From: the human T2T-CHM13v2.0 reference genome, Homo sapiens | Assembly (NCBI RefSeq): GCF_009914755.1 | Contig: NC_060936.1 | Strand: one strand, 5' to 3' | DNA length: 64,000 nt | The notes under the pieces: model-generated | What the model saw: only the letters and a program-made list of their open reading frames with translations | Told to the model about the DNA's origin: nothing | Database searches by the model: none | Shown: in pieces, positions 16,600-28,531 of the stretch | Layout: every line of letters starts with the position of its first letter | How positions within the stretch are numbered: position 1 is the stretch's first letter | Translations under genes and position numbers: made by a program

Positions 16600-19500
16600 C
16601 CACACTGTTTTTGAGAAACTGCTTTCTAATGTGTGCATTCATCTGACAGAGTTAAACCTTTCTTCTGATTGAGCAGTTTGGAAACACAGTTTTGGTAGAA
16701 TCTGCAAAGTGATATTTGGGAGTGCACTGATCCTATGGTGAAAAAGGAAACAACTTTGGATAAAAACTACAAAGAAGCTTTCTGAGAAACTGCTTCAAGA
16801 CGTGTGCATTCTTCACACAAGTTTAAAAGATTCTTTTCATTGAGAAGTTTGGAAAAACTGTTTTTGTTGAATCTGTAATGGGATATTTGAAAACGCACTT
16901 ATGCCTATGGTGATAATGGAAATATATTCGGATAAAAACTAGAAAGAAGCTTTTAGAGAAACTGCTTTGTGATGTGTGCATTGATCTCAAAGAGTTAAAC
17001 CTGTCTTTTGACTGAGTAGTTTGGCAACACTATTTCTGTGTAATCTGTGAAGCGATACTAGGTAGCACACACACAAAAAAAGCCTATGGTGAGAAAGGAA
17101 TTATCTTCCAATAAAAACTGGAAAGAAGACTTATGAAAAACTGTTACTGATGTGTGTGTTCATCTCACTGAGTTAAGTCCTTCTTTTGATGGAAGAGTTT
17201 GGAAACACTGTTTTTGTACAATCTGCGAAGGAATATTTGTGAGCACATAGAAGTAGATGCCTGTGGTGGAAAAGGAAATATCTTCAGAGAAGAATGGGAG
17301 AGAAGCATTTTCAGAAAGTCCTTTGTGATGTTTGCGTTCATTTCACAGAGGTAAACCTTTCTTTTGATCCAGCAGTTTGGAAACACTGTGTTTGTAGTAT
17401 CTGAAAAGTTATATTTCGGAGTGCATTAAGGCCTATCATGGAAAGGGAAATATCTTCAGAGAAGAAGTAGTCAGAAGCTTTCTGAGAAACTTCTTTGTGA
17501 TGTATACATTCATCTCACAGAGTTAAAACTTTATTTTGACTGAGCAGTTTAGACACACCCTTTTTGTATAGTCTATGAAGTGATGTTTTGTAGCACGAAA
17601 AGGTCTATGGTGAACAAGGAAATAACTTCAGGTAAAAAACTGGAAAGAAGCATTGTTAGAAACTGCTTTCTGATGTCTGCGTTCATCTCAGACTTAAATG
17701 CTTCTTTTGATGGAACAGTTTGGAAACACTGTTTTTATAGAATCTATGAAGGGATTTTTGGGAGTACATTCAGGCCTATGGTGGAAAAGGAAATATCTTC
17801 AGAGAAGAACTAGTCGGAAACTATCAGAGAAACTGCTTTGTGATGTGTGCATTCATCTCACAGAGTTCAAACTTTCTTTTAATAAAGCAGTTTGGAAACA
17901 CTGTTTTTGTAGAATCTGTGAAGGAATATTTGGGAACACCTTGAAGCATATGGTGAAAAAAGAAATATCTTTAGATAAAAACTCAAAGAATATTTTTGAG
18001 AAACTGCTTTGTGATGTGTGCATTCATCTCAAAGAGTTAAAGCTTTCTTTTGACTGAGCATTTTGGAAATGACTTTTTATCAAAATCTGTGAAGTGATAG
18101 TAGGCAGCACAAAAAAGCCTTTGGTATAAAAGAAAATATCTTCAGATAATAACTGGAAAGATGCGTTATGAGTAACTGCTTTCTGATGTGTCTGTTCATC
18201 TCACAGTGTTAAGTCCTTCTTTTATGGAACAGTTTGGAAACTCTGTTTTTATACGATCTACAAAGGAATATTTAGGAGTACAGAGATGCCTATGGTGGCA
18301 AAGGAAATATCTTCAGAGAAGAATTAGAAAAAGTATTTTGAGAAACTGCTTTCTGACTGCTTTCATTGATCTTATGGAGTTAAACCTTTCTTTTGATTGA
18401 GCATTTTGGAAACACTGTTTTGTAGAATCTGTAAAGGGATATTTGGGAGTGCATTGAAGCCTATGAGGAAAAAGGAAATATCTTCAGATAAAAACTAGAA
18501 AGAAGATCTTTGAGAAACTGCTTTGTGATGTCTGCATTCTTCTCACAGAGTTAAACTTTTCTCTTGACCGATCAGTTTGGAAAAACTGTTTTTGTATAAT
18601 CTGCAAAGTGATGTTTGGTAGCACAAAAAGGCCTATGGTGAACAAGGAAATATCTTCAGATAAAAACTGGAAGAAGCATTATGAGAAACTACTTTCTGGT
18701 GTGTGCATTCATCTCAGAGTTAAATGCTTCTTTTAATGGAACAGTTCAGAAACAGTGTTTTTATAGAATCTGCAAGGAAATATTTTTGAGCACACTGATA
18801 CCTTTCTGAAAAAGGAAATGTCTTCGAATAAAAATTAGAAAGATGATTTCTGAGTAACTGCTTTGTGAAGTGTGCATTCAACTCACAGTGTTAAACATGT
18901 TTTTGATTAAGCATTTTGGAAACCGTGTGTTTGTAGGATCTGTGATGGGATATTTGGGAGCACATTGAAGCCTATGGGGGTAAAGGAAATATCTTCCAAT
19001 AAAAACTACAATCTAGTACTTTGAGAAACTGCTTTGTGATGTGGGTATTCAACTCCCAGAGTTAAAATTTTCTTTTGACTGAGGAGTTTGGAAACATTGT
19101 TTTTGCAAAATCTGTGAAGTGATATTAGGTAGCGCAAAAATGTCTATGCTGTAAAAGGAAATATTTTCAGATACAAACTGGTAAGAAGTGTTGTAAGAAA
19201 CTGCTTTCTGATGTGTGCTTTCATCTCTCAGAGTTAAGTCCTTCTTTTGATGGAACAGTTTGGAAACAGTTTTTGTAAATCTGTGAAGGGATATTTGGGA
19301 GTGCATTGAAGCCTATGATTAAAAAGGAAATATCTTTGGATAAAAAGTAAAAAGATGCTTTCTGAGAAACTGCTATGTGATGAATGCATTCATCTCACAG
19401 AGTTAAGCTTTTCTTTTGACTCAGCAGTTTGGAAACAGTGTTTTTGTATAATCTGCAAAGCGATGTTATGTAGTGCAAAAAGGCTTATGGTGAACAAGGA

Positions 19501-21140
19501 AATATCTTCTGATAAAAACTGCAAACAAGCATTATGAGAAACTTCTTTATGATGTGTGCATTCATCTCACAGAATTAAGTCCTTCTTTTGAAGGAACAGT
19601 TTGGAAACACTGTTCTTTTACAATCTGCAAAAGGATATTTTGGAGTGCATTAAGGCCTAAGGAGGAAAAGGAAATATCTTCATTGAACAACTAGACAGAA
19701 ACTTTCTGAGAAACTGCTACGGGATGTGTGCTTTCATCTCAAGAGTTAAACCTTTCTTTGATTCAGCAGTTAGAAAACACTGTTTTGACAGAATCTGCGA
19801 AGGCATAGTTGGGAGAGCATTGAAGTCTATGGTGAAAAGGGAAATATCTTCAGATAAAACCTAGAAAGAAGCTCTCTGAAGTACTGCTTTGCTATGTGTG
19901 CATTCTTCTCACAGAGTTAAAAGTTTCTTTCTGAGCAGTGTGGAAACACTGTTTGTGTAGAATCTGCAAAGGAATATTTGGGAGCACACTGAGGCCTATG
20001 GTGAAAAAGGAAATATCTTTGGGATAAAAAGTACAAAGCAGATTTTTGAGAAACTGCTTTGTTATGAATGCTTTCATCTCACAGAGTTAAACTTTTCTTT
20101 TGACTGAGCTTTTTGGAAACTTTTTATAGAATCTGCAATGGGATACTTGAATGCACAATTAGTCCAATGTTGAAAAAGGAAATATCTTTGGATAAAAACT
20201 AGAAAGAATATTTTGAGAAACTGCTTTTTGATGTGTGCATTCATCTCATGGAGTTAAACCTTTCTTTTGCCCGAGCAGTTTGGGAACTCTGTTTTTGTAC
20301 AATCTGAGAAGTGATATTATTCAGTGAAAAAGTGCTTATGGTGAAAAAGGAAACAACTTCAGGAAAACAGGAAAGCAGGGTTGTGAGAAACTGCTTTCTG
20401 ATCTGTGTGTTCATCTCATAGTGTTAAGTCCTTCTTTGGATGGAAGTTTGGAAACACTGTTTTTGTAGTATCTTCCAAGGGATATTTCAGAGGCCATTGA
20501 GGACTATGGTGAAAAAGGAAACAACTTCAGAGAAGAACTAGACAGAAGATTTCTGACAAACTGCTTTCTGATGTGTGCATTCACCTCACACAGTTAAAAC
20601 TTTCTTTTGATTGAGCAGTTTGGAAACACTGTTTTTGTAGAATCTGCAAAGTGATATTTGGGAGTGCACTGAGGCCTATGGTGAAAAAGGAAATATCTTC
20701 AGATAAAAACTAGAAAGAAGATTTTTGAGAAACTGCTTTGTGATGTGTGTATTCATTCCACAGAGCTGAACATTTCTTTTGTCAATTGAGCAGTTTGGAA
20801 ACAGTCTTTTTGTAGAATCTGCAAAGGGATATTTGTGAACGCTTTGAGGCCTGTGGTGAAAAAGGAAATACCTTCACATAAAAACTAGACAGAGGCTTTC
20901 TGAGAAACTTCTTAGTGGTGTGTGCATTCATCTCACAGAGTTGAACCTTCCTTTTGACTGAGGAGTTTGGAAACACTGTTCTTTCAGAATGTGTGAAGCA
21001 ATATTAGGTAGCACAAAAAAAGCCCATGGTGAAGAAGGAAATTTCTTCGGATAAAAACTGGAAAGAAGCGTTTTGAGAAACTTCATTCAGAAGTGTGCAT
21101 TCATCTTACATAGTTAAGTCCTTTTTTTGAGGGAACAGTT
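16600..21140 (+). repeat. Ancient alpha satellite, layer B (right of L1)
   Basis: Same diagnostic monomer variants as 7441-10565, same orientation, no CENP-B boxes. Confidence 0.9.
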
Positions 21141-22950
21141 TTGAAACCCTCTTTTTGTAGAATCTGCAAGTGTTCATTTGGAGTGCTTTGAGGCCTATGG
21201 TGGAAAAGGGAATAACTTCACAGGAAAAGTAGACAGAAGCATTCTCAGAAACTTCTTTGTTGGTGGGCACTCAACTCATAGAGTTGAACCTTCCTTTTGA
21301 TAGAGGAGTTTTCAAAGACTCCTTTTGTAGAATCTGCTAGTGGATATTTGGAGATTTTGGAGGTCTTCATTGTAAACGGGAATATCTTCACATAAAAACT
21401 AGTTAGAAGAATTCTCAGAAACTACTTTGTGATGTGTGCATTAAATTCGCAGAGTTGAACTTTTCTTTTGATAGAGGAGTTTTGAAACACCCTTTTTTGT
21501 AGAAACTGCAAGTATTCATTTAGTGCACCTTGAGGTCTGTGGTGGAAAAGGAAATATCTTCACATAAAAACTAGACAGAAGCATTCTCATAAACTTCTTT
21601 CTGATGTGTGCCTTCAACTCACAGAGTTGAATTTTCCTTTTGACAGAGCAGCTTTGAAACAGTCTTTTTTTGAATCTGCAAGCAGATATTTGGAGCGATT
21701 TGAGGCCTATGTTGGAAAAAAAATCTTCACATAAAAACAAGACAGAAGCATTATCAGAAACTTATTTGTGATGTGTGCATTCAACTCATAGAGTTGAAAC
21801 TTTCTATTGATACAGCAGTTTTGAAACACTCTTTTTGTAGAATCTGCAAGTGTTCATTTGGAGCGCTTTGAGGCCTGTGGTGGAAAAGGAAATATCTTTA
21901 CATAAAAACTAGACAGAAGCATTCTCAGAAACTTCTTTGTGATGTGTGCATTCAACTCACAGAGGTGAACCTTTCTTTTGATAGAGGACTATTGAAACTC
22001 TCCTTTTGTAGAATCTGCTTGTGGATATTTGGAGCTCTTTGAGGAATTCGTTGGAAATGGGATATCTTCAAATAAAAACTAGACAGAAGCATTCTCAGAA
22101 ACAGCATTGTGAGGTGTGCATTCAACTCACAGATTTGAACCTTTCTTTTGATACAGCAGTTCTGAAACACACTATTCATAGGACATACAACTGGTCATTT
22201 GGAGAGCTTTGAGGCCTACGGTGGAAAATGAAATATCTTCACATAAAAACTAGACAGAAGCATTCTCAGAAACTTCCTTGTGATGTGTGCATTCAACTCA
22301 CAGAGTTGAACTTTCCTTTTGACAGAGCAGTTTTGAAACAGTCTTTTTGTAGAATCTGCAAGTGGATATTTGGAGCAATATGAGGCCTATGGTGGAAAAA
22401 AAATATCTTCACATAAAAACTAGACAGAAGCATTCTCAGAAACTGCTTGGTGATGTGTGCACTCAACTCACAGAGTTGAACTTTTGTTTTCATAGAGCAG
22501 TATTGAAATTCTCCTTTTGTAGAATCTGCTTGTGTAGATTTGGAGCTCTTTGAGGCTTTCGTTGGAAATGGGATATCTTCAAATAAAAACTAGACAGAAG
22601 CATTCTCAGAAACTGGTTAGTGATGTGTGCATTCAACTCACAGACTTGAACCTTTGTTTTGAAAGAGCAGTTTTGAAACACTCTTTTTTAGAATCTACAA
22701 GTTTTCATTTGGAGGGCTTGGAGGCCTTCGGTGGAAAAGGAAATATCTTCACATAAAAACTAGACAGAATCATTCTCAGAAACTTCCTTGTGATATGTGC
22801 ATTCAACTCTCAGAGTTGAGACTTCCTTTTGAGTGAGCTGTTTTTAAACAGTCTTTTTGTAGAATCTGCAAGCGGATATTTGAGACCTATGGTGGAAAAA
22901 GAAATATCTTCACATAAAAAGTAGACAGAAGCATTCTCAGAAACTACTTT
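21141..22950 (+). repeat. Younger alpha satellite, short transitional sub-layer (SF4/SF5-like)
   Basis: Abrupt switch to 'gaagcattctcagaaact', 'cattcaactcacagagttgaac', 'caagtgttcatttgg' and 'ggtggaaaagg'. First degenerate B-type boxes appear (e.g. 'attcgttggaaatggga' ~22046). Confidence 0.75.
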
Positions 22951-24250
22951 GTGATGTCTGCACTCTACTCACAGAGTTGAATCTTCCTTTTGATGGAGCA
23001 GTTTTGAAACACTCTTTTTGTAGGATTTGCAAGTGGATATTTGGAGGGTTTTGGGGCCTATGTTAGAAAAGCAAATATCTTCATAGAAAAATTACTCAGA
23101 AGCATTCTCAGAAACTACTTTGTGATGTTTGCATTCAACACACATAGTTGAACATTCCTTTTGATAGAGCAGTTTTCTAACAGTCTTTTTGAAGAATCTG
23201 CAAGTGGATATTTGTACCTCTTAGAGGCCTTTTTGGAAACGGGAATTTCTTCATATAAAAACTAGACAGAAGAATTCTCAGAAACTTCTTGGTAATGTGT
23301 GCATTCAACTCACAGAGTTTAACATTCCTTTCAATATAGCAGTTTTGAAACACTCTTTTTGTAGAATTTGCAAGTGAATATTGAGAGCGCTTGGAGGCCT
23401 ATGTTAGGAAAGGAAATACCTTCATATAAAAACCAGACAGAATCATTCTCAAAAACTACTTTGTGAGGTTTGTGTTCAACACACAGAGTTTAAACGTTCT
23501 GTTGATAGAGCAGTTTTGAAACCCTCTTTTTGTAGTATTTGAAAGTGTGTATTTAGAGGGCTTTGAGGCCTATGGTAGAAAAGGAAATATCTTCACATAA
23601 AAACTGGACAGAAACTTTCTCAGAAACTACTTTGTGATGTTTGCATTCAACTCACAGAGTTCAACACTCTTTTTGATAGAGCAGTTTTGAATCACTCTTT
23701 TTGTAGAATCTGCATGTGGATATTTGGAATACTTTGAGGCCTTCACTGGAAACGGGAATTTCTTCACATAAAAACTAGACAGAAGAATTCTCAGAAAATT
23801 TTTGTGATGTGTGCATTAAACTCAAACAGTTGAACATTGCTTTTCATAGAGCAGTTTTCAAACACTCTTTTTGTTGAATTTGCAAGTGGATATTTAGAGC
23901 GCTTTGAGGCCTATGGTAGAAAATGAAATATCTTTATATAAAAACTAGACAGAATCATTCTCAGAAACTACTTTGTGATGGTTGCGTTCAACTCACAGAG
24001 TTTAAACTTTCTTTTGACAGAGCAGTTTGGAAACACTCTGTAAAGTCTGCAAGTGGATATTTGGAGGGCTTTGAGGCCATCTTTGGAAACGGGAGTATCT
24101 TCACATAAGAAGTAGACAGAAGTATTCTCAGAAACTTCGTTGTGATGTCTGCACTCAACTGACAGAGTTGAACCTTCTTTTTGGTAGAGTAGTTTTGAAA
24201 CACTCTTTTTGTAGAATTTGCAAGTGGATATTTAGAGTGCTTTGGGGCCT

Positions 24251-25276
24251 ATGGTAGAAAAGGAAATATCTTCATAGAAAAACTGCACAGAAGCATTCTC
24301 AGAAACTAGTTTGTGATGTTTGCATTCAACTCACAGAGTTCAACATTCCTTTTGATAGAGCAGTTTTGTAACACTCTTTTTGTAGAATCTGCAAGTGGAT
24401 ATTTGCACCTCTTTGAGGCCTTCATTGGAAATGGTAATTTCTTCATATAAAAACTAGACAGAAGAATTCTTAGAAACTTCTTTGTGATGTGTGCATTCAA
24501 CTCACAGAGTTGAAACTTCCTTTCAATAGAGCAGTTTTGAAACACACTTTTTGTATAATTTCCAAGTGAATATTTAGAGTGCTTGGAGGCCTGTGGCAGA
24601 AAAGGAAATATCTTCATAGAAAAACTAGACAGAATCATTCTCAGAAACTACTTTGTGATCTGTGCATTCAACTCACAGAGTTTAAGCTTTCTTTTGATAG
24701 AGCAGTTTTGAAACACTCTTTTTGTACAATTTGCAAGTGTGTATTTAGAGGGCTTTAAGGGTTATGGTAGAAAAGGAAATATCTTCATAGAAAAACTGCA
24801 CAGAAGCATTCTCAGAAACTACTTTGTGATGTTTGCATTCAACTCACAGAGTTCAACATTCCTTTTGATAGAGCAGTTTTGTAACACTCTTTTTGTAGAA
24901 TCTGCAAGTGGATATTTGCACCTCTTTGAGGCCTTCTTTGGAAATGGTAATTTCTTCATATAAAAACTAGACAGAAGAATTCTTAGAAACTTCTTTGTGA
25001 TGTGTGCATTCAACTCACAGAGTTGAAACTTCCTTTCAATAGAGCAGTTTTGAAACACACTTTTTGTATAATTTCTAAGTGAATATTTAGAGTGCTTGGA
25101 GGCCTGTGGCAGAAAAGGAAATATCTTCATAGAAAAACTAGACAGAATCATTCTCAGAAACTACTTTGTGATCTGTGCATTCAACTCACAGAGTTTAAGC
25201 TTTCTTTTGATAGAGCAGTTTTGAAACACTCTTTTTGTACAATTTGCAAGTGTGTATTTAGAGGGCTTTAAGGGCT
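24251..25276 (+). repeat. Recent tandem duplication of a 513-bp (3-monomer) unit
   Basis: 24251-24763 vs 24764-25276 differ at only about 4 positions by eye. ORF-track twins 24306..24638 and 24819..25151 are offset by 513. Confidence 0.93.
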
Positions 25277-26807
25277 ATGGTAGAAAAGGAAATATCTTCA
25301 TATAAAAACTAGACAGAAACATTCTCAGAAACTACTTTCTGATGTTTCCATTCAACTCACAGAGTTCAACATTCCTTTTGATAGAGCAGTTTTGAAACAC
25401 TCTTTTTGTAGAATCTGCAAGTGGATATTTGGACTTCATTGAGGCCTTCATTGGAAACGGGAAGTTCTTCATCTAAAAACTAGAGAGAAAAATTCTCAGA
25501 AACATCTTTGTGATGTGTGCATTCAGCTCACAAACTTGAATGTTCCTTTCTGCAGAGCAGTTTTGAAACACTCTTTTTGTGTGATTTCCAAGTGGATATT
25601 AGGAGCACTTTGAGGACTATGGTAGATAAGGAAATATCTTCATAGAAAAACTAGACAGAATCATTCTCAGAAACTACTTTGTGATGTGTGCATTCAACTC
25701 ACAGAATTTAACCTTTCTTTTGATAGAGGAGTTTTGAAAAACTCTTTTTGTAGAATTTGCAAGTGTATATATAGAGCTCTTTGAGGCCCATGGTAGAAAA
25801 GGAAATATCTTTACATAAAAACTAAACAGAAGCATTCTCAGAAACTACTTTGTGATGTTTGCATTCAACTCACAGAGTTGAACATTCTTCTTGATAGACC
25901 AGTTTTGAAACACTCTTTTTGTAGCATCTTAAAGTGGATATTTGGACCTCATTGAGGGTTTTGTTGGAAACGGGATTCCTTCATACAAAACTTGACAGAA
26001 GAATTCTCAGGAACTTCTTTGTGATGAGTGCATTCAACTCACAGAGTTGAACCTTCCTTTCAATAGAGCAGTTTTGAAACACTCTTTGTAGAATTTAAAA
26101 GTGAATATTTAGAGCGCTTGGAGGCCTATGGTAGAAAATTAAGTATCTTCATATAAAAACTAGACAGAATCATTCTCAGAAACTACTTTGTGTTGCATGC
26201 GTTCAACTCACACATGTAACCTTTCTTTTGATAGAACAGTTTTGAAACACTCTGTTTGTAAGTCAGCAAGTGGATATTTGGAGAGCTTTGAGGCCTTATT
26301 TGGAAACATGAACATCTTCATATAAAGAGTAGACAGAAGTATTCTCAGAAACTTCTTTGTGATGTCTGCACTCAACTCACGGAGTTGAACCTTCCTTTTG
26401 ATAGAGAAGTTTTGAAACAGTCTTTTTGTAGAATATGCAAGTGGGTATTTAAAGCGCATTGAGGCCTGTGGTGGAAAACAAAATATTGTCATATAAAAAC
26501 TAGACAGAATAATTCTCAGAAACTACTTTGTGATGTGTGCTTTCAACTTACAGAGTTTAACCTTTCTTTTGAGAGAGAAGTTTTGAAACACTCTTTTTGT
26601 AGAATTTGCAAGTGTATATTTAGAGGGCTTTGAGGCCTATGGTAGTAAAGGAAATATCTTCACATAAAAACGAGACAGAAGCATTCTCAGAAACTACTTT
26701 GTGATGTTTGCATTCAACTCACAGAGTTCAGCATTCCTTTTGATAGAGCAGTTTTGAAAACCTCTTTTTGTAGAATATGCAAGTGGATATTTGGACCTCT
26801 TTGAGGC

Positions 26808-26824
26808 CTTCGTTGGAAACGGGA
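26808..26824 (+). promoter_or_regulatory. CENP-B box (first intact one I found from the left)
   Basis: CTTCGTTGGAAACGGGA, exact canonical 17-mer. Confidence 0.9.
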
Positions 26825-28514
26825 ATTTCTTCATATAATAACTAGACAGAAGAATTCTCAGAAACATCTTTGTGATGTATGCATTCAACTCACATAGTTG
26901 AACATTCCTTTCGGTTGAGCAGTTTTGAAAAACTCTTTTTGCAGAATTTGCAAGTGGATATTTATAGCGCTTTGGGGCCTATGGTAGAAAAGTAAATACC
27001 TTCACATAAAAACTAGACAGAATCATTCTCAGAAACTACTTTGTGATGTGTGCATTCAACTCACAGAGTTTAACTTTTCTTTTGATAGAACAGTTTTGAA
27101 ACACTGCTTGTATAATCTGCAAGTGGATATTTGGAGTGCTTTGAGGCCTTCTTTGGAAACGGGCATGTCTTCACATAAAAATAGACAGACGTATTCTCAG
27201 CGACTACTTTGTGATGTCTGCACTCAACTCACAGAGCTGAACCTTCCTTTTCATACAGCAGTTTTGAAACACTCTTTTTGTAGAATTTGCAAGTGGATAT
27301 TTAGGGCGCTTTGGGGCCTATGGTAGAAATGGAGAAATCTTCATAGAAAAACTACACAGAAGCATTCTTAGAAACTCCTTGTGACGTTTGCATTCAACTC
27401 ACAGAGGTGAATATTCGCCTTGATAGAGCAGTTTTGTAACACTCATTTTGGAGAATCTGCAAGTGGATATTTGGACCTCTATGAGGCCTCCGTTGGAAAC
27501 GGGAATTTCTTCATATAAAAACTAGACAGAAGAATTCTCTGAAACTTCTTTGTGATGTGTTTATTCAACTCACAGAGTTGAACGTTCCTTTTGATAGAGC
27601 AGTTTTGAAACACCCTTTTTGTAGAATTTACAAGTGGATATTTAGAGCGCTTTGAGTCCTATGCTAGAAAAGCAAATATCTTCATATAAAAACTAGGCAG
27701 AATCATTCTCAGAAACTACTTTGTGACGTGTGCATTCAATTCACATAGTTTAAGCTTTCTTTTGATAGAGCAGTTTTGAAGCACTCTTTTTGTAGAATTT
27801 GCAAGTGTGTATTTAGAGGGCTTTGTGGACTATGGTAGAAAAGGAAATATCTTCACATAAAAACTAGACAGAAGCATTCTCAGAAACTACTTTGTGATGT
27901 GTGCATTCAACTCACAGAATTTCACCTTTCTCTTGATAGAGCAGTTTTGAAACACTCTGTTTGTAACATCTGCAAGTGGATATTTGGAGCGCTTTGAGGC
28001 CTTCTTTGGAAACGGGAGTATCTTCACATAAATAGTAGACAGAAGTATTCTCAGAAACTTCTATGTGACGTCTGCACTCAACTCACAGAATTGAATCTTC
28101 CTTTTTGATAGAGCAGTTTTGAAACACACTTTTTGTAGAATTTGCAAAAGTATATTTAGAGAGACTTACGGCCTATGGTAGAAAAGTAAATATCTTCACA
28201 TAAAAACTACACAGAAGCATTTTCAGAAACTACTTTGTGATGTTTGCATTCAACTCAGAGAGCTGAACATTCCTCTTGATAGAGCAGTTTGGAAACTCTC
28301 TTTTTGTGGAATTCGCAGGTTTATATTTAGAGCGCCTTGTGGCCTATGGTTGAAAAGGAAATATCTTCATAGAAAAACGACGTGGAATTATTCTCAGAAA
28401 CTACTTTGTGATGTTTGCATTCAGCTCACAGAGTTGAACATGCCTTTTGATTCAGCAGTTTTGTAAAACTCTTTTTGTAGGATCTGCAAGTGGATATTTA
28501 CACCTCTTTGAGGC

Positions 28515-28531
28515 CTTCGTTGGAAACGGGA
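28515..28531 (+). promoter_or_regulatory. CENP-B box
   Basis: CTTCGTTGGAAACGGGA. Confidence 0.9.
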
